Positions 14,725-21,571 of a stretch of DNA of 45,608 nucleotides are shown piece by piece (the first letter of the stretch is position 1; the number at the start of each line of letters is the position of its first letter). Source of the DNA: an uncultured Candidatus Saccharibacteria bacterium (GTDB taxonomy: Bacteria > Patescibacteriota > Minisyncoccia > Phycocordibacterales > EsbW-18); the NCBI GenBank assembly GCA_964478705.1, contig CAYZIR010000007.1, positions 1 to 45,608 on the forward strand, given 5' to 3'. The position numbers and the translations under genes are program-made. Below the pieces are notes generated by a model that ran no database searches, was not told the DNA's origin, and was given only the letters and a program-made list of their open reading frames with translations.

Positions 14725-15633
14725 ATGCAACCAGAAACCATCGGAGTTATCGTCGCTCGGTTTCAGGTTCCCTGCCTCCACAAAGGGCATCGGTATCTGA
14801 TCAACTACGTGAACTCGCGCTGTGAGAAGCTCGTCATCGTTCTCGGTACGCCACGGTCCTTCCCTACCAAGAAGAACCCTCTGTCATTCGAGATGCGACG
14901 AGTAATGATTGCGCGACAGTATCCGAATGCGATCATCGCGTCGCTTCCCGATACCAAGCTCGACGCGCAGTGGAGCACCGCACTTGATGCTGTCATCGCC
15001 TCCGCTCTGTGCGGAAAGGTTGACGGCATACAAGTGACGCTCTACGGGTCGCGCGATTCCTTCATTACGCACTACAGTGGTGTGCATCAGACCGAACTCG
15101 TTCCCCCTCTGGGCAACGTGAACGGCACGAAGCACCGCGAACGCCTCGCAGATGTCGCCGACTCGGTGAAATTCCGCGAAGGCATCATTCACACACAGAT
15201 GAGCCGTCCGCCGATCGTCTACCCGACGGTCGACGTGGCCATCATCCGCGCTGAAACCGGAGAAGTACTCCTCGGCGGAAAAGCGTGTGACGGCGGAAAG
15301 CTCCGCTTCATCGGAGGCTTCGTCGATCCGACAAAGGATGCCTCGTATGCAGACGCCGGAAAGCGCGAAGCATTCGAGGAAACCAACGGTATGGAAATCG
15401 CCGACCTGAAACAAATCGGCTCGGCCAAGATCGATGACTGGCGATATCGTGGCACGGAAGACTGTGTCATAACGTCATTCTTCATCGCTACGTACGTATT
15501 CGGGGCTCTCACGCCAAGTGACGACCTCGACTATCTCACGTGGATCCCTGTTCTGCAGGTCATGGAACACCTCGTTCCTGAGCACGAGCCATTGGGGCAC
15601 ATGCTCATCTCGCATTTCAACCAGACACTCTGA
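14725..15633 (+). CDS. nadM: Bifunctional NMN adenylyltransferase (NadM-type) / Nudix hydrolase
   Basis: IGVIVARFQVPCLHKGHRYL carries the nucleotidyltransferase HxGH motif. The C-terminal Nudix box is GGFVDPTKDASYADAGKREAFEETNG. AAGGAG RBS 9 nt before ATG 14725. The 14587 TTG extension is rejected. Confidence 0.88.
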   Translation: MQPETIGVIVARFQVPCLHKGHRYLINYVNSRCEKLVIVLGTPRSFPTKKNPLSFEMRRVMIARQYPNAIIASLPDTKLDAQWSTALDAVIASALCGKVDGIQVTLYGSRDSFITHYSGVHQTELVPPLGNVNGTKHRERLADVADSVKFREGIIHTQMSRPPIVYPTVDVAIIRAETGEVLLGGKACDGGKLRFIGGFVDPTKDASYADAGKREAFEETNGMEIADLKQIGSAKIDDWRYRGTEDCVITSFFIATYVFGALTPSDDLDYLTWIPVLQVMEHLVPEHEPLGHMLISHFNQTL

Positions 15634-15644
15634 AGGAGAGTGCT

Positions 15645-17048
15645 ATGAACGCGAACATGGAAATCGGCAACACCATCACCCGCACCGACAGCTACAAGGT
15701 CACGCATCACCTGCAGTACCCCGGAAAGACGGAGATCCTTTTTTCCTTCTTCGAGAGTCGCGGTGGCGATTTCCCCACGGTCACCTTCTACGGCCTCCAG
15801 TATTACCTCAAGCGGTATCTCGAGGGCGTTGTGGTCACCGAGAAGATGTTGCCGAAGGCCCGTCGGCGCTTCGCCGCGCACTTCGGATCCACCAAGCTCT
15901 TCAATGAACAGGCGTGGCAGAGAATCATCGATGTGCACGGTGGCAAGTTGCCCATCCGCATCAAGGCGGTTCCCGAGGGGACGACCATCCCCACGAGCAA
16001 CGTGTTGATGACGGTCGAAAACACCGATCCTGAGATTCCGTGGGTCACGAACTACGTTGAGACACTTCTCTCGATGTTGTGGTATCCGTCGACGGTGGCA
16101 ACCCAGAGCCGTGCGATGCGGAAGCTCGTTCTCTCCTTCCTAGAAGAGACTGGCGATCCGTCACTCATCGACTTCAAGGTTCACGATTTCGGATTCCGTG
16201 GCTCGACTTCGGTCGAATCCGCGGGAATCGGTGGCTCGGCTCATCTCGTTTCCTTCAAGGGAACGGACACACTGGTTGCGCTCGACATCGCTGAGGATTA
16301 CTACGGAGAAGAGTGTGCGGGATTTTCCATCCCCGCCGCTGAGCACTCCACGATCACTTCGTGGGGCAGAGCTCGAGAGGTGGACGCCTATGAGAACATG
16401 CTCACGGCGTTCCCGACCGGCCTCGTTGCGGTGGTTTCCGACAGCTACGACATCTTCCGCGCCTGCAGTGAACTCTGGGGCAAGGAACTTCGTGACAAGG
16501 TTCTCAATCGCGATGGTGTCTTGGTGGTTCGTCCTGACAGTGGATACCCGCCGGACGTGGTCGTGAAGGTGCTCGATATTCTCGGCAACGCCTTCGGCTA
16601 CAGCATCAACGGCAAGGGCTACAAGGTCTTGAACCCGAAGGTGCGCGTCATCCAGGGCGATGGCATCGACTTCTCGATGCTTCGCCGAGTACTCGAAGCG
16701 ATGAAACAGCACGGCTGGTCGGCCGACAACGTCGCGTTCGGTTCCGGTGGTGGCCTTCTGCAGAAGCTGAACCGCGATACCTTGAAGTTCGCGTTCAAAG
16801 CCTGTGCAGTCCGCATCGAAGATCTCTGGCACGACGACATCATGAAGGACCCGGTGACGGATCATTCCAAGCGTTCGAAGGCTGGTCGTCTCGTCCTCGT
16901 CAAGGATGACAAGGAATGGAAGACCGTGCGCGAAGAGGAAGCGATGCGTGCAGGGCTCAACAACGAGCTCGTCACGGTTTTCGAGAATGGTGAAGTCCTT
17001 GTGGACTACACGTTCAGCGAGATCCGCGAACGAGCGCTCGTCGGCTGA
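15645..17048 (+). CDS. nadV: Nicotinamide phosphoribosyltransferase (Nampt/NadV)
   Basis: TDSYKVTHHLQYP, HDFGFRGSTS and VVSDSYD are classical Nampt motifs. 467 aa. Confidence 0.93.
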   Translation: MNANMEIGNTITRTDSYKVTHHLQYPGKTEILFSFFESRGGDFPTVTFYGLQYYLKRYLEGVVVTEKMLPKARRRFAAHFGSTKLFNEQAWQRIIDVHGGKLPIRIKAVPEGTTIPTSNVLMTVENTDPEIPWVTNYVETLLSMLWYPSTVATQSRAMRKLVLSFLEETGDPSLIDFKVHDFGFRGSTSVESAGIGGSAHLVSFKGTDTLVALDIAEDYYGEECAGFSIPAAEHSTITSWGRAREVDAYENMLTAFPTGLVAVVSDSYDIFRACSELWGKELRDKVLNRDGVLVVRPDSGYPPDVVVKVLDILGNAFGYSINGKGYKVLNPKVRVIQGDGIDFSMLRRVLEAMKQHGWSADNVAFGSGGGLLQKLNRDTLKFAFKACAVRIEDLWHDDIMKDPVTDHSKRSKAGRLVLVKDDKEWKTVREEEAMRAGLNNELVTVFENGEVLVDYTFSEIRERALVG

Positions 17049-17088
17049 CCTCGGTTCTATGCCACTATGTATCTATCCTTGTTGCTCT

Positions 17089-17117
17089 CCACCGCTCCTT
17101 CGGGGGTGGTTTTTTTA
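17089..17117 (+). terminator. Intrinsic terminator after nadV
   Basis: CCACC..GGTGG stem followed by TTTTTTT. Confidence 0.6.
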
Positions 17118-17141
17118 TTCCCGCACATTGTGCTCAATTAA

Positions 17142-17178
17142 AAAAGCGCCGTCTCGTTAGAGACGGCGCAGGAAGAAC
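17142..17178 (-). terminator. 37-bp repeat copy 1: terminator of the HD-hydrolase gene
   Basis: AAAAGCGCCGTCTCGTTAGAGACGGCGCAGGAAGAAC. GCGCCGTCTC/GAGACGGCGC is a perfect 10-bp stem with a T-run on the minus strand. Identical to 17856-17892. Confidence 0.7.
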
Positions 17179-17179
17179 T

Positions 17180-17785
17180 TCAGCCAAGGCTTGCGAGTGC
17201 CTCCTCAATCTCGTGCATCAAGATGAGGTGCTTCCACGCGTGCGGAAGGTAGTAGCGTCTCGTCTCCTCGATTTTCCGCCGTCGCTTTTCTGGGGTGCAT
17301 GCATACAGCGTCAACAGGTTGTGGAGGCGATCAGCCAATTTGATGATGAAAAAGTCTCGCGGAGCGGACTCGAACCGGGTGTGGTAGACGAGTTCTCGTT
17401 CCTCACGATCCGGATAGTCCTTCTTCGAAGGCTTGGTCAGATACTCGACCAAGAGTGCCACACGATCGCCATACTTTCTCCGTACCCGCTCAACCGTCCA
17501 TTCAGGGATGTCTTCCACGATATCGTGGAGAAGCCCTGCGATGATGAGCTCGTGATTCTTGATGCGAAGGTAGTGAAGCAGGATCAACGTGACGGCGCGA
17601 ATGTGCTCGAAATATCGCGTCTCTTGGTCGTCGCGAAACTTTCCACGAAACGCGTCCTTCGCGTCATCGTACGCTTGTATGATCAACGTATGACGCCAGT
17701 CGAGCGTCGGGTAGTGCAACGCCACTCGCCTGAAGAAAGTCGCACGATTTTCCGCTGCGGTCAGAAACTCCATTCTCTTAGTCAT
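17180..17785 (-). CDS. Stand-alone RelA/SpoT-type HD hydrolase (small alarmone hydrolase-like)
   Basis: HIRAVTLILL..AGLLHDIVEDI..YGDRVALLVEYLTKP..IKLADRLHNLLTL matches the (p)ppGpp hydrolase domain. No synthetase domain. AGGAGG RBS. Confidence 0.85.
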   Translation of the reverse strand: MTKRMEFLTAAENRATFFRRVALHYPTLDWRHTLIIQAYDDAKDAFRGKFRDDQETRYFEHIRAVTLILLHYLRIKNHELIIAGLLHDIVEDIPEWTVERVRRKYGDRVALLVEYLTKPSKKDYPDREERELVYHTRFESAPRDFFIIKLADRLHNLLTLYACTPEKRRRKIEETRRYYLPHAWKHLILMHEIEEALASLG

Positions 17786-17813
17786 CGCTACCTCCTGTGT
17801 ATAATCTGATTAA

Positions 17814-17842
17814 ATTATAGAACAAAATATATTATCTGTCTA
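17814..17842 (-). promoter_or_regulatory. Promoter of the HD-hydrolase gene (TAGACA-17-TATAAT)
   Basis: On the plus strand ATTATA is at 17814-17819 and TGTCTA at 17837-17842, with a 17-nt spacer. Confidence 0.55.
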
Positions 17843-17855
17843 TTCTTTCAAATAT

Positions 17856-17892
17856 AAAAGCGCCGTCTCGTTAGAGACGGCGCAGGAAGAAC
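17856..17892 (-). terminator. 37-bp repeat copy 2: terminator of the zinc-ribbon gene
   Basis: Identical 37-mer to 17142-17178. Confidence 0.7.
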
Positions 17893-17898
17893 ATGTCG

Positions 17899-18864
17899 TC
17901 AGGAAACGCTCGTCAACAAACTCTGCTTTCCCAAGATTCCAAGGAACTGCAGGAGCTGTTCCTTGTTCCACGCGTGAACCTCGATCGACTTCGCTGAAAC
18001 GGCTCCACCTTGCCAAGCGTCGTCGGCAATGTAGGTCACGTTAAGTGCAGTGGCTATCGTTCGGATTTCCTCGGTTGCGATCCCTTGAGGCGAGTAGAGC
18101 TTGATCGCAGTCACGCGCTTTCGTGGCCCCACAACGAATCTGTTCTCTCCGATACGGAATTTGAACCAGGGCTCGCTTTCCGATGGATAGTACTCATTCG
18201 CCGTGAGCTCAGGATCGATATCACATCCCAACTGATCACGAAGCGTCCGAAACACGTCAGCAAAGAATGCATCATGCTTCGTCCGGATCGGATCTGGTGG
18301 CACACTCTGCGCAAGACTTTCTTCACGATTCACCTGCTCCCAAACATACTCACCTTGAACCTCTGACAAACAAAGGAAGGCCGTGAGCCCCGCAGGAAGC
18401 TTTGGCGGAATCGGAGGCTTTGTGAAGCCACTCGGCTTCAAATACGATTTGAATGTACGCAACAAATCCCAGTGCTTCCACCATTGCTTTTGCAATTCTT
18501 TTGGCACTTGGTCGAATGTACTACCAGAAGGAAGACTCAACGTTTGACACGCGAGCTCCAACCAAAGCTCTTCCATCGGCTTACGAGCTTCCTTGAGGCG
18601 TTCTTCCGCATCACGCCACGTTGGCATCAAAACGGCATTGAGCCAATAGTTGACACTATCAGATATACCGCTCGATGGTTCGAGAGCGACGAGAAACACA
18701 TTACCACCAGCATGAGACAAGAAATGCGCATCTCTTTCGCAGTTGTCACACTTAAATCCCTGTTGACTAAGAGATGAGAGATTTGCACCTCTCGGATTCC
18801 ACTTTCTCTCGCCACAGAGACATTTCGGCAACTTTTCTGGTAGCATGCTCTGCCATCCTTTCAC
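17899..18864 (-). CDS. Hypothetical protein with an N-terminal CxC..CxxC zinc ribbon
   Basis: KCLCGERKW...FKCDNCERDAH. No recognised domain in the remaining ~270 aa. An alternative start is ATG 18846, preceded by AAGGA. Confidence 0.6.
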   Translation of the reverse strand: MKGWQSMLPEKLPKCLCGERKWNPRGANLSSLSQQGFKCDNCERDAHFLSHAGGNVFLVALEPSSGISDSVNYWLNAVLMPTWRDAEERLKEARKPMEELWLELACQTLSLPSGSTFDQVPKELQKQWWKHWDLLRTFKSYLKPSGFTKPPIPPKLPAGLTAFLCLSEVQGEYVWEQVNREESLAQSVPPDPIRTKHDAFFADVFRTLRDQLGCDIDPELTANEYYPSESEPWFKFRIGENRFVVGPRKRVTAIKLYSPQGIATEEIRTIATALNVTYIADDAWQGGAVSAKSIEVHAWNKEQLLQFLGILGKQSLLTSVS

Positions 18865-19018
18865 GCGATAGCACGGACGATTCCATGACTATGTCTGGGA
18901 AGACACTACCACATCTTTCATAGTGTGTAAATGTTAGCGCTTGATGCACCTCATTCCTTCGTGTGACATCAAGCACCCGTTCGGAGAAGGATTTTGCAAT
19001 AGGATTAAATCGTAGTCC

Positions 19019-19050
19019 CAAAAAGAAAAGACTGCCAAGGGTGGCAGTCT
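19019..19050 (-). terminator. Intrinsic terminator after the ParB-like gene
   Basis: AGACTGCCA/TGGCAGTCT 9-bp stem with a 4-nt loop. The minus strand continues TTTTCTTTTT. Confidence 0.6.
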
Positions 19051-19076
19051 CAGAAACACGGTGTCTTTTCCCTTCT

Positions 19077-19757
19077 TCAACGTGGGAACTTGGTTCTCTC
19101 GATCACTTTGATGAGTTCGTCGAGCTCACCGAGACGGAACGCAACATAGGCACAACGCCGTTGAACGCGCTTCAGGTCATCCTCGTTCTCGAAAGCATTT
19201 CGGAGATCGACGAGACTAAACCTCCCGAAACGAGAGAAGCTCTGATCGGCGGCGATCAGAATATCCAGAATCTCACCCAGAACATCCCTATCGTACTGAG
19301 GCGTCGCTACCTCAACAACATCTGGTTGTGGTGTATCAAGGTGGTCATCTTTCACGTGCGAATCCTGCCCTGCCAACGCTGCATGGTACATCTTCCTGAG
19401 CTTCGGAGCACTAATGCGCTCATCGAGAGCACGTCGTGCCCACACATCTTGATGCGCCTGGTGTAATCGGGCAATTTCAAAAGCAGTCGATATAGGAAGC
19501 TTTCTACCTGACTCATTCCCCTTCTCGACCAGCTCGAGCACCACCGAAGTAACCTTGCTGAGACGGAGCGCTTCAGAAATCTGGAATTGGTTCATACCGA
19601 CCTTACCGGCTAGAACCGCTTGAGTACATCCCAGAATCTCTTGGAGTCTCATGAGATGCCTCAATCGGGGTACATAGTCCTGCTCCCGCTTGGCTTGCTC
19701 GATGAGATCGTTGATGAGGTCTTCGTTCGAAGGGCTTGGAACAGCGACCAGGGTCAT
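19077..19757 (-). CDS. HTH DNA-binding protein, ParB/KorB-like (no N-terminal ParB/Srx box seen)
   Basis: LQEILGCTQAVLAGKVGMNQFQISEALRLSKV resembles the ParB HTH. The C-terminal half is acidic. Confidence 0.55.
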   Translation of the reverse strand: MTLVAVPSPSNEDLINDLIEQAKREQDYVPRLRHLMRLQEILGCTQAVLAGKVGMNQFQISEALRLSKVTSVVLELVEKGNESGRKLPISTAFEIARLHQAHQDVWARRALDERISAPKLRKMYHAALAGQDSHVKDDHLDTPQPDVVEVATPQYDRDVLGEILDILIAADQSFSRFGRFSLVDLRNAFENEDDLKRVQRRCAYVAFRLGELDELIKVIERTKFPR

Positions 19758-19869
19758 GCTTTCTCCTCTCTCGTTTTGTTATTATCTGGACGAATAGTAG
19801 TTGAAAAGAGAATTAAGTCAATTCAATCGCCTTGATTCGAGGCCATATTATCTATATGATTCTCCCATT

Positions 19870-19944
19870 GGCCCCATCGTCTAGCCTGGCCTAGGACGTC
19901 GCCTTCTCAAGGCGAAAACTCGGGTTCGAATCCCGATGGGGTCA
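19870..19944 (+). tRNA. tRNA-Glu (anticodon CUC)
   Basis: Cloverleaf: acceptor GGCCCCA/TGGGGTC, 3-bp D stem GTC/GAC, anticodon stem TCGCC/GGCGA with loop TTCTCAA, T arm TCGGG-TTCGAAT-CCCGA, discriminator A. CCA is not fully encoded. Confidence 0.9.
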
Positions 19945-19956
19945 CCGTCAACAGCG

Positions 19957-21520
19957 CACACGAGAAGAATGTATAAAGTATGAAGAAAATAAATTTTATA
20001 CAATCTGAAACTGGTATAGGTATGGAACTAGAGCTTAGTTCCAACCTTGTTATTGTTGGGGCTAATGGTTCAGGTAAATCAAGATTTGGTTCTACCCTTG
20101 AAAAAAATAACCCTCATTCTAAAAGAATATCTGCCCAAAGATATCTACAACTTCAAGAAAACGTTCAGAAGCAAGATTTTGAAAGTGCTGAAAACAGTCT
20201 TAAATCAGTTTTCAAAAACCAATCTGTAATCACTCCTCAAAATGATTTTCAACAAGCACTCATTACTCTTTTTGCTGAAGAGGGTAAAAGAGATGCTGAA
20301 TATGTTGCCCAGGCAAAATTAAGTGGTAAAACCAAACTAGAAATACCTCAGTCAAAAAAAGAACAAGTACTTGATGTTTGGAGCTTTGTTTTTCCTAACA
20401 GGTTGTTAAAACTTGAAAAAGATAGAATCAAAGGCGTAAGTGATACCAATGAATTTTCTGGCTCAGAATTAAGTGATGGAGAAAGAGTTGGTTTGTATCT
20501 TATCTCTCAAGTATTACTTGCTCCCCAAGATTGTCTACTTATCATAGACGAGCCGGAAATACACTTACATAAATCTTTAATGACGAGATTGTGGAATAAG
20601 CTGGAAAATGTAAGAAGTGATTGTACTTTTATTTACATTACACACGATCTAGATTTTGCAGTCTCAAAGTCTGCTTCAAAAACAATATGGATTGAGTGGT
20701 ATAAGGACTTAAAGTGGAAATGGACAGAGATTAGCTCTGCTGAATACATACCTGACAACTTGCTCCTAGAAGTTCTTGGTAGTAGAAATCCAATTTTATT
20801 TGTTGAGGGAGATAAGGGCAGTTTAGATCAACAACTATACCAGTCTTACTATGAACATTTTACTGTCATACCAAGAGGTAGTTGTGAGAAGGTTATTGAA
20901 GCAGTCAAGGGTCTCAATGATAACCAATCATTGCATCACAATAAGGCTTTTGGCTTAATTGACCGAGATTATAGGATTGAGGCAGAAATAACTACACTCA
21001 AGAGCAAAAATATATTTACTACTCCGACCAAACATATTGAAAATATATTTTTGTTTCCTGAAATTATTGGAATAGTTGCGGAATATCTTTCTCAAAAAGA
21101 AAAGAAAGACATAATAATTACTGAAATAAAAGAGGAGTTTAAGTCCCAACTAGAAAATATTAACTTTTCAATTAAAAAAACGAGATTGTTAAGTTATCTA
21201 GCAAGAGAAGCTGGCCAGATAAAAGATGAAGCTTCTCTGGTAAATTTTAAGTCTAGATTATCAAGTGGGATTGATACTTTCCTTGGTACCATTACACCTG
21301 TTGTTGAAACTGAAGATATCTTAGAGATCTTAAAACTATACCCTCACAAAGGTTTAGTTTCTAAAGCCCAATCTCAATTAGGAATAAAAGATAATTTATA
21401 TCAAAACATTGTTCTTAGTTTTCTAACATCTCAAAAGAGAAAAGAATTAACGGAAATACTTAAAAAGTATTTACCTGATATATCTTAAGTGTAGTTGAAT
21501 TATTATAGTCACACGAGAAG
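19957..21520 (+). mobile_element. AT-rich single-gene insertion bounded by 11-bp direct repeats CACACGAGAAG
   Basis: Repeats at 19957-19967 and 21510-21520 bracket the 19980..21488 gene exactly. A sampled 60-nt stretch is ~28% GC against 42-55% in the flanks. It sits 13 nt after the tRNA-Glu. Confidence 0.55.
19980..21488 (+). CDS. ABC-type ATPase fused to a DUF4435/TOPRIM-like domain (OLD/PARIS-like defence candidate)
   Basis: Walker A GANGSGKS, signature-like LSDGER, Walker B LLIIDEPEIHLH and H-loop ITHD. The C-terminal part has ILFVEGDKGSLD...GLIDRDYR (E...DxD Toprim-like). Confidence 0.8.
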   Translation: MKKINFIQSETGIGMELELSSNLVIVGANGSGKSRFGSTLEKNNPHSKRISAQRYLQLQENVQKQDFESAENSLKSVFKNQSVITPQNDFQQALITLFAEEGKRDAEYVAQAKLSGKTKLEIPQSKKEQVLDVWSFVFPNRLLKLEKDRIKGVSDTNEFSGSELSDGERVGLYLISQVLLAPQDCLLIIDEPEIHLHKSLMTRLWNKLENVRSDCTFIYITHDLDFAVSKSASKTIWIEWYKDLKWKWTEISSAEYIPDNLLLEVLGSRNPILFVEGDKGSLDQQLYQSYYEHFTVIPRGSCEKVIEAVKGLNDNQSLHHNKAFGLIDRDYRIEAEITTLKSKNIFTTPTKHIENIFLFPEIIGIVAEYLSQKEKKDIIITEIKEEFKSQLENINFSIKKTRLLSYLAREAGQIKDEASLVNFKSRLSSGIDTFLGTITPVVETEDILEILKLYPHKGLVSKAQSQLGIKDNLYQNIVLSFLTSQKRKELTEILKKYLPDIS

Positions 21521-21571
21521 GGTCACAACGAAAAAATCTATACCCTACACCCAAGTGGCTATACCCTGCTT

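Noticed and set aside
16161-16865. 234-aa minus-strand ORF and similar long antisense ORFs (5811-6434, 10196-10864, 17213-17809, 29268-29897, 36751-37371)
   Set aside because: Each lies opposite a gene with clear family motifs and has a low-complexity or Arg-rich translation. None has an RBS or terminator of its own.
17899-18864. Zinc-ribbon protein as a toxic small alarmone synthetase partner of the HD hydrolase
   Set aside because: No RelA/SpoT synthetase motifs were found (no RxKxxxSxxxK, DxxGxR or EVQIRT-like segments). The two genes also have separate promoters and terminators.
9953-19757. A single uniformly high-GC genomic island
   Set aside because: Hand-counted 60-mers give 57-68% GC at 10-12.3 kb but only 48-52% at 16-18.3 kb. 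That overlaps core values (42-55%). Only the J-domain/vWA/PurA-like part is clearly GC-rich, so I report the block as a mosaic rather than one island.
19758-19869. Integrase or attachment-site remnant adjacent to tRNA-Glu
   Set aside because: There is no ORF with tyrosine or serine recombinase motifs anywhere in the window. No copy of the tRNA 3' end was found at the left side of the accessory block (9870-9952).
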